Assembly (NCBI GenBank): GCA_965218865.1 | Contig: CBDCME010000027.1 | Coordinates: forward strand, 14,991-78,990 | Direction of reading: 5' to 3' | Source: Alphaproteobacteria bacterium | GTDB lineage: Bacteria > Pseudomonadota > Alphaproteobacteria > JAAXGF01 | DNA: 64,000 nucleotides | In this document: positions 9,676 to 20,221 of the stretch, one piece after another | How the letters are laid out: each line of letters begins with the position of its first letter | Position numbering within the stretch: position 1 is the stretch's first letter | The notes under the pieces: generated by a model | Seen by the model: the letters and a program-made list of their open reading frames with translations, nothing else | The model's database searches: none | What the model was told of the DNA's origin: nothing | Program-made: the position numbers and the translations under genes

Positions 9676-9717
9676 CCGTTGTCGCGGTATCGTGGCCCGT
9701 TGTCGCGGTATCGTGGC
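9676..9717. repeat. perfect 21-bp tandem duplication, ccgttgtcgcggtatcgtggc x2, upstream of nnr
   Basis: Two exact adjacent copies. Confidence 0.8.
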
Positions 9718-9746
9718 TGTAATCCGTGGAGGGAGGGGGGGAATCC

Positions 9747-11240
9747 ATGAAACCGACCCTGCGCCCGCGCTCGCCAAACGCGCTGCTGACGGTGGCGCAC
9801 ATGTACGCCGCCGATAGGGCGGCGGAGACGTCGGGCGTTCCCGGGGAACGACTCATGGAGGCCGCCGGCGAAGCCATCACGACGTCGATCCGCGAACGCT
9901 GGTCACCGCGACCCGTGGCCGTGCTTTGTGGTCCGGGAAACAACGGCGGCGACGGCTTCGTCGTCGCCCGCCTGTTGCAACAGACGGGATGGCCGGTTTC
10001 CCTGGCCGTGCTCGGAAATCCCAACAATCTCAAGGGGGAAGCGGCCACCATGGCGCAACGCTGGGATGGCGCCGTGACGTCACTAACGCCGGAGATCCTC
10101 GACGGTGCCGGCCTGGCGGTGGACGCCTTGTTCGGTGCCGGCCTTGCCCGGCCCTTGAAAGGCGCCGCCCGCGCGGTCGTCGAATCGCTCGACGATCGCG
10201 GCACGCCCTACGTGGCCGTGGACGTGCCCAGTGGCGTCGACGGCAACACGGGCGCCATCCTCGGGGCGGCCGCCCCGGCCGCGTTGACGGTGACGTTTTG
10301 CCGGCGGAAACCGGCTCATCTGCTTCTGCCCGGCCGAATCCTATCCGGCGAGGTCGTTGTCGCCGACATCGGGATACCGGAGGCGGTGCTCGACGACATC
10401 GATATTCGAACTTTCGTCAACGGTCCCGGCCTTTGGGAACGGCGGTTTCCCTGGCCCGGGGCCGCAAGCCACAAATACAGCCGCGGACACGCCGTCGTCG
10501 TCGGCGGAGACGCCGTGGCGTCCGGCGCCGCCCGCCTGGCCGCCCGGGCGGCGTTACGGGCGGGGGCGGGCCTGGTTACCATTGCCTGTCCGGCCGAGGC
10601 CGCCACGGTGTACGCCGCGCAGTTGACGGCCGTGATGGTCGTGGCGATCACGAACAACGATGCCTTTGCCGAGGTCCTGGCCGATCCGCGCAAGAACGCG
10701 ATCCTCCTCGGTCCCGGGGGCGGAATCACGGAGCGGACCCGGCGCGGAGTCCTGGCGGCACTTGCCGCGGAGAAGGCTTGTGTCCTCGACGCCGACGCGC
10801 TTTCTGTATTCGAAAGTAAGAAAAAACAACTATTTGAAGCGATTCTCTCAGAATGCCTCTTAACGCCGCACGAGGGCGAGTTTCGCCGCCTTTTCGGCCT
10901 CGAGGGTGATAAACCGGGGCGGGCCCGGGCCGCCGCCGAAAAGTCTGGGGCGAGCGTACTCCTCAAGGGACCGGACACGGTGATCGCTTCGCCGGACGGG
11001 TACGCGGTCATCAACGACAATGCCCCGCCCGAGTTGGCCACCGCCGGATCGGGCGACGTTCTGGCCGGAATCGCGTTGGGGCTGATGACCCAGGGTCTGT
11101 CGGCCTTCGACGCGGGTTGTTGCGCCGCTTGGTTGCACGGGGCGGCGGCGGCACGGATTGGATCTGGTCTGATCGCCGAGGATATCGGCGAGGCCCTGCC
11201 CGCGGTCCTTGCCGAGCTGAAGGGGCGGGGCGCTCCCTGA
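9747..11240 (+). CDS. nnr: bifunctional NAD(P)H-hydrate repair enzyme Nnr (YjeF-N epimerase plus ADP-dependent dehydratase)
   Basis: CGPGNNGGDG motif in the N-terminal domain and GSGDVLAG in the C-terminal domain. GGAGGGGGGG ribosome-binding site before the ATG. Confidence 0.8.
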   Translation: MKPTLRPRSPNALLTVAHMYAADRAAETSGVPGERLMEAAGEAITTSIRERWSPRPVAVLCGPGNNGGDGFVVARLLQQTGWPVSLAVLGNPNNLKGEAATMAQRWDGAVTSLTPEILDGAGLAVDALFGAGLARPLKGAARAVVESLDDRGTPYVAVDVPSGVDGNTGAILGAAAPAALTVTFCRRKPAHLLLPGRILSGEVVVADIGIPEAVLDDIDIRTFVNGPGLWERRFPWPGAASHKYSRGHAVVVGGDAVASGAARLAARAALRAGAGLVTIACPAEAATVYAAQLTAVMVVAITNNDAFAEVLADPRKNAILLGPGGGITERTRRGVLAALAAEKACVLDADALSVFESKKKQLFEAILSECLLTPHEGEFRRLFGLEGDKPGRARAAAEKSGASVLLKGPDTVIASPDGYAVINDNAPPELATAGSGDVLAGIALGLMTQGLSAFDAGCCAAWLHGAAAARIGSGLIAEDIGEALPAVLAELKGRGAP

Positions 11241-11407
11241 CGGGGCGGGCGTACGCGAGTTCACGTCAACGACGGGTCTCGGTCACGGCTCGCGATTTCC
11301 GGCCGCTCGGGCGACCTTGCTTTGCCCTGTTAAGACGGGCGCCGCGTATGATATAGAGGCTCATGCGGGGGGGGGGGCTGGTGGCCCGCAACCCTGGAAA
11401 GCGCGGG

Positions 11408-11492
11408 GCGGGCGTGGTGGAATTGGTAGACACGCCAGATTTAGGATCTGGTGGCGAAAGCCTTGGGGGTTCGAGTCCCTTCGCCCGCACCA
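11408..11492 (+). tRNA. tRNA-Leu (anticodon TAG)
   Basis: Cloverleaf with a GCGGGCG/CGCCCGC acceptor stem, long variable arm, anticodon loop TTTAGGA and an encoded CCA. Confidence 0.85.
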
Positions 11493-11537
11493 TTTTGCAT
11501 CACGGACGGAATGATTTGATTTTCTAGGCGAGAGCAG

Positions 11538-12902
11538 ATGCAGGTAACGCAAACCAGCGAAAAGGAACTTCGGCGCGAATTCAAAATTGTCGTGGACGCC
11601 GGAGATATCGAAGAGAAGCTCATCGCCCGCCTCAAGGAATTGGGTCAAAACGTCCGCATGCCCGGTTTTCGGCCCGGCAAGGTCCCCGTGTCCCTGTTGC
11701 GCAAACAGTACGGCAAGGCGGTGCTTCGCGATGTGATCGACCATTCCGTCGCCGAGGGGTCTCAAAAGGTGATCACCGACGAGGAATTGCAACCCGCCTC
11801 CCAACCTCATGTCACGATCGGGGGATTCGACGAAGGCGCCGACCTCGAATTTTCCGTCGCCGTGGATCTGATGCCGAAGATCGATCCCGGGGACTTTCGC
11901 AAGACAAAGCTTACGCGCTACGCCTCGGAGGTTGGTGACGCCGACGTCGAGGACGTGCTGAAGCGAATGGCGAAGGAAGAGGCCGAGCAGAACCCTGTGA
12001 ACGACCGCCCGGCGCAGGCCGGGGACGTGGTCGTGATCGATTTCATCGGCCGGATCGACGGCGAGGCCTTCGAAGGCGGTGCCGGCAACGATTTTCCCCT
12101 AGAATTGGGTTCGGGCCGATTCATCCCCGGCTTCGAGGACAATCTCGCCGGTTCCCAAACCGGCGAACACAAGACGTTTGAACTTAACTTTCCGGACGGC
12201 TACCCCAAAGAGGAATTGGCTAGGAAAACCGGCACATTTGACGTTGATGTCAAGGAAATCAAGGAATTGGTCCCGGCGACTGTAGATCAAGCGTTCGCCG
12301 AGGCGCACGGACACGCGAACCTCGACGCATTGCACGCGGCCGTAAGGGAACGCATCGGGCGCCAATTCGCCGCGGCCTCGCGCGCAAAGCTCAAGCGCGC
12401 GCTTCTCGATCGCCTCGCCGAGGAACACGACTTTCCGGTTCCGCAAGGTATGGTGGAGCGGGAGTTCGAAACGATTTGGAGCAGGATCACCGAGGAATTG
12501 GATCACCGGAACACCAACCTCGCGGATTCGGGCCAGGACGAAGAGGCGCTCCGCTCCGATTATCGCGGCATCGCCGAGCGCCGTGTGCGGCTCGGACTTT
12601 TGTTGGGCGAAGTTGGACGTATCAATAACATCACGGTTGAGCCGGACGAGATCAAACGCGCGGTTCTGGCCGAGGCGATGGCCTCTCCCGGTAGGGAAAA
12701 GGAGGTGGTCGAGATGTATCGAGACAACGCGGAGGCGTTGCAGGCCCTGAGAGGTCCGATTTTCGAGGACAAGGTCGTCGATTTCATATTGGAAATGGCG
12801 ACCATCGAAGATAAGGAGGTTTCGGCCCAGGAGCTCCTGCGCGATCCCGACGCCGACAACGAAGGCGGTACGGACGAGGGGGAGGCGGCAGCCCCCGTTT
12901 GA
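11538..12902 (+). CDS. tig: trigger factor
   Basis: 454 aa. Shows [14 protein letters not shown] with PPIase and C-terminal domains. The gene order tig-clpP-clpX is conserved. Confidence 0.9.
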   Translation: MQVTQTSEKELRREFKIVVDAGDIEEKLIARLKELGQNVRMPGFRPGKVPVSLLRKQYGKAVLRDVIDHSVAEGSQKVITDEELQPASQPHVTIGGFDEGADLEFSVAVDLMPKIDPGDFRKTKLTRYASEVGDADVEDVLKRMAKEEAEQNPVNDRPAQAGDVVVIDFIGRIDGEAFEGGAGNDFPLELGSGRFIPGFEDNLAGSQTGEHKTFELNFPDGYPKEELARKTGTFDVDVKEIKELVPATVDQAFAEAHGHANLDALHAAVRERIGRQFAAASRAKLKRALLDRLAEEHDFPVPQGMVEREFETIWSRITEELDHRNTNLADSGQDEEALRSDYRGIAERRVRLGLLLGEVGRINNITVEPDEIKRAVLAEAMASPGREKEVVEMYRDNAEALQALRGPIFEDKVVDFILEMATIEDKEVSAQELLRDPDADNEGGTDEGEAAAPV

Positions 12903-12958
12903 AGGCGGCCGAGCGAGTTAGCCCGCGAATTGATCGCCCACAAACTGGAAGGTCGGAC

Positions 12959-13600
12959 ATGCGCGACGTGCATCGTACCCGAATGAATTATCTGATCCCG
13001 ATGGTGGTCGAGCAGACCGCGCGCGGAGAACGCTCCTACGACATCTATTCGCGTTTGCTCAAGGAAAGGATCGTTTTCTTGACCGGGCCGGTCGATGACG
13101 CCGTCGCCTCGTTGGTGACGGCGCAGTTCTTGTTTCTCGAATCGGAAAACCCGAGCAAGGATATCTCGCTCTACATCAATTCTCCGGGTGGCCTTGTCAC
13201 CGCCGGCCTCGCGATTTACGATACCATGCAGTACATTCGTTCGCCGGTTTCCACCTTGTGCATTGGCCAAGCGGCATCGATGGGATCTCTTCTCTTGGCC
13301 TCCGGCGCCGCCGGGCAACGGTTCGCGTTGCCCAACGCCCGTATCATGATTCATCAGCCCTCGGGCGGTTATCAGGGACAGGCCTCGGACATCGAGATTC
13401 ACGCCCGCGAAATCCTGTCGTTGCGCGCGCGTTTGAACGAGATCTACGTCAAACACACGGGACAGGCGCTGGACGTCGTCGAGAAAAACATGGAACGTGA
13501 CAAATTCATGACCGGCGAGGCGGCCAAGGAATTCGGTCTGATTGACGAAGTCATCAAGGATCGGCCACAACCAAAGGATGAATCGAAATCCGATGCATGA
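12959..13600 (+). CDS. clpP: ATP-dependent Clp protease proteolytic subunit
   Basis: Shows [29 protein letters not shown]. Start chosen at MRDVH; the longer ORF from 12899 overlaps the tig stop. Confidence 0.85.
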   Translation: MRDVHRTRMNYLIPMVVEQTARGERSYDIYSRLLKERIVFLTGPVDDAVASLVTAQFLFLESENPSKDISLYINSPGGLVTAGLAIYDTMQYIRSPVSTLCIGQAASMGSLLLASGAAGQRFALPNARIMIHQPSGGYQGQASDIEIHAREILSLRARLNEIYVKHTGQALDVVEKNMERDKFMTGEAAKEFGLIDEVIKDRPQPKDESKSDA

Positions 13601-13772
13601 CGATTTAACCCTTTATTGAGGGGGAATCGGTTAGTCTTCGCGCGTGGCGGGGCCGCCGTGTGACCTGCCCCAGCGGTTCAAAGTGTGACAGTTGGCATGT
13701 TCGGTGCTTGTATTCACTGTTTGATGGTGACTAACGTTCTGATCGGTAAGAAAGTTCTCTGACGGAGTAACT

Positions 13773-15050
13773 ATGACGAAATCTGCCGGCGGAGATTCCA
13801 AGAATACGCTTTACTGCTCGTTTTGCGGCAAAAGCCAACACGAGGTGCGCAAACTCATTGCGGGCCCGACGGTTTTCATCTGCGATGAGTGTGTCGAGCT
13901 GTGCATGGACATTATTCGAGAGGAGCACAAGAGTGCTCTGGTTAAATCCCGAGATGGTGTGCCGACGCCGGTCGATATTTGCCGGGTGCTCGACGATTAC
14001 GTGATCGGACAGGGCTACGCCAAGCGGGTTCTATCGGTTGCCGTACATAATCATTACAAGCGTCTGAGCCACGGTGCCAAATCGAACGACGTCGAGCTTG
14101 CCAAGTCGAATATTCTGCTCATCGGCCCGACGGGGTGCGGAAAAACGCTCCTGGCCCAGACTTTGGCGCGTATTCTTGACGTCCCCTTCACGATGGCCGA
14201 CGCCACGACCCTGACCGAGGCGGGATATGTCGGCGAGGACGTCGAAAACATCATCCTCAAGCTTCTACAGGCGGCCGATTACAACGTCGAGCGCGCCCAG
14301 CGCGGCATCGTGTATATCGACGAAGTCGACAAGATTTCGCGAAAATCCGACAATCCGTCGATCACGCGGGACGTCTCGGGCGAGGGCGTTCAACAGGCTC
14401 TTCTCAAGATCATGGAAGGGACCATCGCATCGGTGCCACCCCAGGGCGGCCGCAAGCACCCGCAGCAGGAATTCCTTCAGGTCGACACGACCAACATCCT
14501 GTTCGTTTGCGGGGGGGCCTTTTCGGGTCTCGAAAAGATTATATGCTCGCGCGGGCGTGGGACCTCGATCGGTTTCGGAGCCGACGTGCAGGCGCCGGAG
14601 GAACGCAAGACAGGTGACATTTTGCGCGAAATCGAGCCCGAGGACCTCTTGCGTTTCGGGCTTATTCCCGAGTTCGTCGGCCGCCTTCCGGTTATCGCGA
14701 CCCTCGATGTCCTGGACGAGGATGCCTTGGTCGAAATTCTGACCAAACCGAAGAACGCCTTGGTGAAGCAATATCAGAAGCTTTTCGAGATGGAGGACGT
14801 CCATCTCGCGTTTTCCGAGGACGCGTTACGCGGCATCGCCAAAAAGGCGGTCTCGCGCAAAACGGGCGCCCGGGGGCTGCGCTCGATCCTCGAGGCGATC
14901 CTGTTGGATACGATGTTCGATCTCCCGGCCCTGGACGGTGTCCAAGAGGCGGTGATCAACAAGGAAGTCATCGAGGGACGGGCTCAGCCCTTGCTCATCT
15001 ACGCCGATCGGCGCGATGAAGTCGGGCGGACGCCGCGGACCTCGGCATGA
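13773..15050 (+). CDS. clpX: ATP-dependent Clp protease ATP-binding subunit ClpX
   Basis: N-terminal C4 zinc finger and Walker A motif GPTGCGKT. Confidence 0.9.
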   Translation: MTKSAGGDSKNTLYCSFCGKSQHEVRKLIAGPTVFICDECVELCMDIIREEHKSALVKSRDGVPTPVDICRVLDDYVIGQGYAKRVLSVAVHNHYKRLSHGAKSNDVELAKSNILLIGPTGCGKTLLAQTLARILDVPFTMADATTLTEAGYVGEDVENIILKLLQAADYNVERAQRGIVYIDEVDKISRKSDNPSITRDVSGEGVQQALLKIMEGTIASVPPQGGRKHPQQEFLQVDTTNILFVCGGAFSGLEKIICSRGRGTSIGFGADVQAPEERKTGDILREIEPEDLLRFGLIPEFVGRLPVIATLDVLDEDALVEILTKPKNALVKQYQKLFEMEDVHLAFSEDALRGIAKKAVSRKTGARGLRSILEAILLDTMFDLPALDGVQEAVINKEVIEGRAQPLLIYADRRDEVGRTPRTSA

Positions 15051-15069
15051 CGTGGTTCCGACCGTTGGT

Positions 15070-15097
15070 CTTCAAATTTTCTTCGGTATCCCCATAT
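15070..15097 (+). promoter_or_regulatory. putative sigma-32 (RpoH) heat-shock promoter upstream of lon
   Basis: cttcaaa, then a 13-nt spacer, then ccccatat. This matches the CTTGAAA-N13/14-CCCCATNT consensus. It ends about 40 nt upstream of the lon start. Confidence 0.5.
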
Positions 15098-15138
15098 CAA
15101 GTTGATCTTTAACGTCTTTCCCCATGTGAGGTGATCTC

Positions 15139-17544
15139 TTGAGCGATTCGCGCGCGTCCCTTTATCCTGTTTTGCCCCTGCGGGACATCGTCGTCTTTCC
15201 ACATATGATCGTGCCGCTATTCGTCGGCCGTGAAAAATCGGTTCGGGCGCTCGAAGACGTCATGAAAGACGACAAGCAAATCCTATTGGTGGCACAGAAG
15301 GATGCGGCGCAAGACGATCCGGGCACCGATGATATTCATGCCGTCGGCACCGTCGGTACCGTATTGCAGCTTCTCAAATTGCCGGACGGAACGGTCAAGG
15401 TTTTGGTCGAGGGGGGACCGAGGGCCCGAATTCTGCGTTTCGCCGATACCGAGAAATTTTTCCAAGCGTACGCCGAACAAATCGAGGAGGACAACGAGGA
15501 GGTCAGCGAGTTCGAAGCCTTGGCCCGTTCGGTAATTTCCCAGTTCGAACAGTACGTCAAGCTCAACAAGAAGGTCCCGCCCGAGGTCCTGGTGTCGCTC
15601 AATCAGATCGACGATCCGAGCAAACTGGCCGATACGGTGGCGTCGCACCTGACCGTAAAGGTCGCCGAAAAACAGGAGCTACTGGAGATCGCGGCCGTGG
15701 CCGAGCGCCTCGAGCGCGTTTACGCGTTCATGGAAGGCGAGATTGGTGTACTCCAGGTCGAACGCAAGATACGGAGCCGTGTCAAGCGGCAAATGGAGAA
15801 AACACAGCGTGAGTACTACCTAAACGAACAGCTCAAGGCGATTCAAAAGGAACTGGGCAAAACCGAGGACGGACGCGACGAGGCCAGCGAATACGAGGAG
15901 CGAATCAAGAAAACCAAGTTCACGAAGGAAGCGCGCGAAAAAGCGCTCGCCGAGGTGAAGAAACTGCGGACCATGAGTCCAATGTCGGCCGAGGCGACCG
16001 TGGTCCGCAATTACCTGGATTGGCTTCTGACCATCCCGTGGCGCAAGCGGAGCAAGATCAAGAAGGACATCCGATGGGCCGAGCAGGTGCTTGACGTGGA
16101 CCATTACGCGCTTGAAAAGGTCAAGGAACGTATTCTCGAGTATCTCGCCGTCCAGCAAAGGCAGTCCAAGCTCAAGGGGCCGATATTGTGTCTGGTGGGG
16201 GCGCCCGGCGTTGGTAAAACCTCGCTCGGAAAGTCGATCGCTCGGGCGACGGGCCGAAAATTCGTCCGCATGTCGTTGGGCGGCGTCCGCGACGAAGCCG
16301 AGATCCGGGGCCATCGACGCACCTATATCGGTTCGATGCCGGGCAAGATCATCCAGTCGATGAAGAAGGCGAAGACCTCCAATCCCCTTTTCCTGCTCGA
16401 CGAAGTCGACAAACTGGGAGCGGACTGGCGGGGAGATCCGTCGTCCGCGCTGCTCGAGGTCCTCGATCCGGAACAGAATAGTACATTCAACGACCATTAC
16501 CTCGAGGTCGATTACGATCTCTCCGACGTGATGTTCGTGACAACGGCGAATACCCTGCGAATTCCGCAACCGTTGCTCGACCGCATGGAGGTCTTGCGCC
16601 TCTCCGGCTACACGGAGGACGAAAAGATTCAGATCGCCAAGCGCCACCTGATCTCGAAACAGATGGAAGCGCATGGTTTGAAGGAAAAGGAATGGTCGAT
16701 ATCCGATGAGGCCTTACGAGCGTTGATTCGGTTTTACACGCGCGAGGCCGGCGTGCGTAACCTTGAACGCGAGATCGCGAATCTCACGCGAAAGGCGACC
16801 AAGGAGATTTTGTTAGAGGATTTGACCCGAATTCAGGTCACCTGCCGCAACCTCCATAAATACGCCGGCGTCAAACGCTATCGTTACGGGCAGGTTGAAC
16901 TTGAAGACCTGGTCGGCGTGACCACCGGCCTGGCCTGGACGGAGGTCGGGGGTGAGCTTCTTTCCGTGGAAGCGGTGATCGTTCCCGGCCGAGGCCGCAT
17001 TGTCCAGACCGGTAAGCTCGGCGACGTGATGCAGGAATCCGTGCAAGCGGCCAAGAGCTTCGTGCATTCACGCTCGCGGCGATTCGGTATCAAGGCACGG
17101 TTGTTCGAAAAAAATGATATTCACGTTCACGTGCCCGAGGGTGCGACGCCAAAGGATGGTCCCTCGGCGGGCGTCACGATGTGCACCTCGATCGTCTCGG
17201 CGTTGACCGGGGTCCCTGTGCGGCGCACGGTGGCGATGACCGGCGAGATCACGTTACGCGGCCGCGTGTTGCCGATCGGAGGTCTCAAGGAAAAGCTCTT
17301 GGCGGCCCTGCGCGGCCTTTTGAAAACGGTCATCATTCCAAAGGAAAACGAAAAGGATTTGGCCGAGATTCCGGACAACGTGAAGCGCGGGATCGAAATT
17401 ATACCCGTATCAACCGTCGACGAAGTGCTCGATTTTGCCCTTTCCGAAAAACTGGAACCCCTGAAAGAGGGCGAGGATGTGAATGTTGACGAGGTTCGGC
17501 CGGTCCGTGGCGAGGACGAATTGGGGGAGTTGGTTACCCACTGA
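15139..17544 (+). CDS. lon: Lon protease
   Basis: 801 aa with a TTG start. N-terminal substrate domain, AAA+ module and the S-K dyad protease domain. Confidence 0.9.
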   Translation: MSDSRASLYPVLPLRDIVVFPHMIVPLFVGREKSVRALEDVMKDDKQILLVAQKDAAQDDPGTDDIHAVGTVGTVLQLLKLPDGTVKVLVEGGPRARILRFADTEKFFQAYAEQIEEDNEEVSEFEALARSVISQFEQYVKLNKKVPPEVLVSLNQIDDPSKLADTVASHLTVKVAEKQELLEIAAVAERLERVYAFMEGEIGVLQVERKIRSRVKRQMEKTQREYYLNEQLKAIQKELGKTEDGRDEASEYEERIKKTKFTKEAREKALAEVKKLRTMSPMSAEATVVRNYLDWLLTIPWRKRSKIKKDIRWAEQVLDVDHYALEKVKERILEYLAVQQRQSKLKGPILCLVGAPGVGKTSLGKSIARATGRKFVRMSLGGVRDEAEIRGHRRTYIGSMPGKIIQSMKKAKTSNPLFLLDEVDKLGADWRGDPSSALLEVLDPEQNSTFNDHYLEVDYDLSDVMFVTTANTLRIPQPLLDRMEVLRLSGYTEDEKIQIAKRHLISKQMEAHGLKEKEWSISDEALRALIRFYTREAGVRNLEREIANLTRKATKEILLEDLTRIQVTCRNLHKYAGVKRYRYGQVELEDLVGVTTGLAWTEVGGELLSVEAVIVPGRGRIVQTGKLGDVMQESVQAAKSFVHSRSRRFGIKARLFEKNDIHVHVPEGATPKDGPSAGVTMCTSIVSALTGVPVRRTVAMTGEITLRGRVLPIGGLKEKLLAALRGLLKTVIIPKENEKDLAEIPDNVKRGIEIIPVSTVDEVLDFALSEKLEPLKEGEDVNVDEVRPVRGEDELGELVTH

Positions 17545-17706
17545 ACCTCGGGCCGATTGCAATGCGGCGCCCGACGGGTAAATTTTCCCAGTTGATTCAC
17601 GCAAGTGTGATTGACGGGCACGCGCCCCGCGATCTAGACTGCCTCATGCCCTGAAAGGGGCACCGTTCCTTAATTTATATGGTCTTTCCGAGCAGGGGGT
17701 TAGCAA

Positions 17707-17985
17707 GTGAACAAAAACGATCTGATCGCGAGTGTTGCGGATTCCGGCGGTTTCACCAAGGCCGACGCCGGAAAAGCCGTCGACAGTGTGTTCGACACCA
17801 TCACGAATTCCTTGTCCTCCGGTGAAGAGGTACGCCTTGTGGGTTTCGGGACTTTCAGCGTCTCTCACCGCGCGGCGGGCACGGGACGTAATCCGGCAAC
17901 TGGCGAAACGATTCAGATCGCTGCGTCGAAATTGCCGAAGTTCAAGGCCGGAAAAGCGTTAAAGGACTCAGTCAACTCAAAATAG
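17707..17985 (+). CDS. hupB: DNA-binding protein HU
   Basis: 92 aa with a GTG start. HU signature GFGTF..R.GRNP.TGE. Confidence 0.85.
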   Translation: MNKNDLIASVADSGGFTKADAGKAVDSVFDTITNSLSSGEEVRLVGFGTFSVSHRAAGTGRNPATGETIQIAASKLPKFKAGKALKDSVNSK

Positions 17986-18054
17986 GTTTCGGTAGCGCGC
18001 TGCGTCTCACGTCCCCGAATTCCGCTTTCGTCGGGTGAAATTGATCGTCGTATC

Positions 18055-18130
18055 GGGCGATTAGCTCAGTCGGGAGAGCGCCTCGTTTACACCGAGGAGG
18101 TCGGCGGTTCGAGCCCGTCATCGCCCACCA
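18055..18130 (+). tRNA. tRNA-Val (anticodon TAC)
   Basis: Acceptor stem GGGCGAT/ATCGCCC, anticodon loop TTTACAC, T-arm GGTTCGAGCC, encoded CCA. Confidence 0.85.
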
Positions 18131-18246
18131 GGCGGCGGACGGCTGCGCACTCTGTTTTCATGCCGTCCGTCAATGACTCGGCCGAGGTGATGATTCTTGA
18201 CATGTTTTGTCGGCTAACGGTACATGAACCCACGCGAATTCCGTTT

Positions 18247-18325
<79 letters not shown>

Positions 18326-18465
18326 GTGCGCCGAACGTTCGAGTTTCGGTGACAGATGACCTCGAAGTCGACCGCCGAAGCCCAATCGTTTGTTTTTCTA
18401 AAAATACTAGATCAACGTATCGCCCATACGTGAAAATTTTGTAACCCACAACCACCGGGGAGAAC

Positions 18466-18487
18466 TTGGTTACGATTTCGTAACCAA
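18466..18487. promoter_or_regulatory. perfect 22-bp palindrome TTGGTTACGA-TT-TCGTAACCAA about 190 bp upstream of nuoA
   Basis: Exact 10-bp arms with a 2-nt centre. The loop is too tight for a terminator hairpin, so a dimeric protein-binding site is more likely. Confidence 0.35.
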
Positions 18488-18673
18488 ACGTCGGTACTGA
18501 AGATTTTTGGGCGGTTTCGGCGGGTAGATCGCGCTCGGGATCGCGACCCGGATCGTGGAAAGGGGAGGTTCGGATTATCGGGCGGGGATCTTCGGCACCC
18601 GGCGATGATTCGGCCGGGTCCAAGAGCCACGGCGTCCGGGTTCGGTGAAACGTGGCAATATCGAGGGGCCAAG

Positions 18674-19039
18674 ATGCAGCCAGTGCTAATTGAATATCTA
18701 CCAATTCTGATTTTTCTGGCGATCGCGTTGGGTCTATCATTTGTCATTATTGGAGTTTCGTATCTGTTCGCGCCCCAACGACCCGACAGCGAAAAGCTAT
18801 CGCAATATGAATGTGGATTTGACGCCTTTGGCGACGCCCGAAAGCGTTTCGACGTAAGGTTTTATCTCGTGACATTACTATTCATTATATTCGACCTGGA
18901 GGTGGCCTTTCTTTTTCCTTGGGCGACGGTTCTGGCTAAAATTGGCGCCTTCGGGTTTTGGTCGATGATGATATTCCTAGCCGTTCTCACCGTGGGATTC
19001 ATTTACGAATGGAAGAAAGGGGCGTTGGAATGGGAATGA
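18674..19039 (+). CDS. nuoA: NADH-quinone oxidoreductase subunit A
   Basis: 121-aa membrane protein; first gene of the nuo cluster. Confidence 0.85.
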   Translation: MQPVLIEYLPILIFLAIALGLSFVIIGVSYLFAPQRPDSEKLSQYECGFDAFGDARKRFDVRFYLVTLLFIIFDLEVAFLFPWATVLAKIGAFGFWSMMIFLAVLTVGFIYEWKKGALEWE

Positions 19040-19581
19040 AGGGTCCCGCCGGCGCGGCTACCGGGGAGGCGGCCGTGCCTCCGGATCAAGACGCCTTTCT
19101 CCGCTCGGTCGCGGCTCAAACCGCTGACAGAGGATTCCTCGTTACCCAATTGGATAAATTGGTGAATTGGGCGCGAACCGGCTCTCTTTGGCCGATGTCG
19201 TTCGGTCTTGCCTGTTGCGCGGTTGAAATGATGCACTCGGCGTGCAGCCGCTACGACCTCGATCGATTTGGGGTCGTGTTCCGGGCCAGTCCACGTCAGT
19301 CCGACGTCATGATCGTCGCCGGAACGCTGTGCAATAAGATGGCCCCCGCCTTGAGAAAGGTCTACGACCAGATGGCCGAGCCGCGTTATGTCATCTCGAT
19401 GGGTAGCTGCGCCAATGGGGGCGGCTATTACCATTATTCCTATTCGGTTGTTCGCGGTTGCGATCGCATCGTCCCGGTCGACGTATACATTCCTGGTTGT
19501 CCGCCGACCGCCGAGGCACTTCTCTACGGAATCCTGCAGCTGCAAAGGAAGATCCGTCGTACCGGAACGATCAATCGCTGA
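19030..19581 (+). CDS. nuoB: NADH-quinone oxidoreductase subunit B
   Basis: Fe-S cluster N2 cysteines in CCAVEMM and [10 protein letters not shown]. Start overlaps the nuoA stop. Confidence 0.85.
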   Translation: MGMKGPAGAATGEAAVPPDQDAFLRSVAAQTADRGFLVTQLDKLVNWARTGSLWPMSFGLACCAVEMMHSACSRYDLDRFGVVFRASPRQSDVMIVAGTLCNKMAPALRKVYDQMAEPRYVISMGSCANGGGYYHYSYSVVRGCDRIVPVDVYIPGCPPTAEALLYGILQLQRKIRRTGTINR

Positions 19582-19612
19582 TCGTTGCCGAATGGCCGGA
19601 ATCGGAGAGCTC

Positions 19613-20215
19613 ATGACGGAAGCCCTACGAGAAGTTAGCGAGCATATCACAGCGTCGTTGGCGGACGCCGTGATCAGCACGGATATCACAACCGGAGAGT
19701 TGGCGCTTTACGTCGAGCGTGGCGCGATCGTTACAGTGTTGACTTTCTTGCGTGACAATGCCGCTTGCCAGTTCAAATGCCTCATGGATATTTGTGGGGT
19801 CGATTACCCGGACCGTGATCAGCGTTTCGAGGTCGTCTACAATCTTCTCAGCGTCTCGCACAATCAGCGCGTTAGGGTAAAGCTTTCGACCGATGGGGAA
19901 ACTCCGGTCCCTTCCGCCACCCCCGTTTATTCGTCGGCCGGATGGTGGGAACGTGAAACCTGGGACATGTACGGAATTTTATTTGCCGACAATCCGGATT
20001 TAAGAAGGATTCTCACGGATTACGGCTTCGAAGGTCATCCTCTACGCAAGGACTTTCCCTTGACCGGATACGTCGAGGTTCGATACGACGACGAAAAGAA
20101 ACGGGTCGTTTACGAACCGGTCGAACTCGCCCAGGAGTTCCGCAGTTTCGATTTCCTAAGTCCCTGGGAAGGCGCGCGCGCCGTGCTGCCCGGCGACGAG
20201 AAGGCGCAGGACTAG
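19613..20215 (+). CDS. nuoC: NADH-quinone oxidoreductase subunit C
   Basis: 30-kDa subunit fold. GGAGAG ribosome-binding site 8 nt before the ATG. Confidence 0.85.
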   Translation: MTEALREVSEHITASLADAVISTDITTGELALYVERGAIVTVLTFLRDNAACQFKCLMDICGVDYPDRDQRFEVVYNLLSVSHNQRVRVKLSTDGETPVPSATPVYSSAGWWERETWDMYGILFADNPDLRRILTDYGFEGHPLRKDFPLTGYVEVRYDDEKKRVVYEPVELAQEFRSFDFLSPWEGARAVLPGDEKAQD

Positions 20216-20221
20216 CGTCCG

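Noticed and set aside
9926-11041. ORFs of 297 and 241 aa overlapping nnr
   Set aside because: Arg/Pro/Gly-rich frames inside a well-supported nnr gene.
12560-13570. 336-aa minus-strand ORF
   Set aside because: Antisense to the tig 3' end and clpP.
18199-18235. Putative sigma-70 promoter for tRNA-Asp (TTGACA, 17 nt, gtacat)
   Set aside because: The -35 element is perfect but the -10 element matches only 2-3 of 6 positions, which is too weak to list as a feature.
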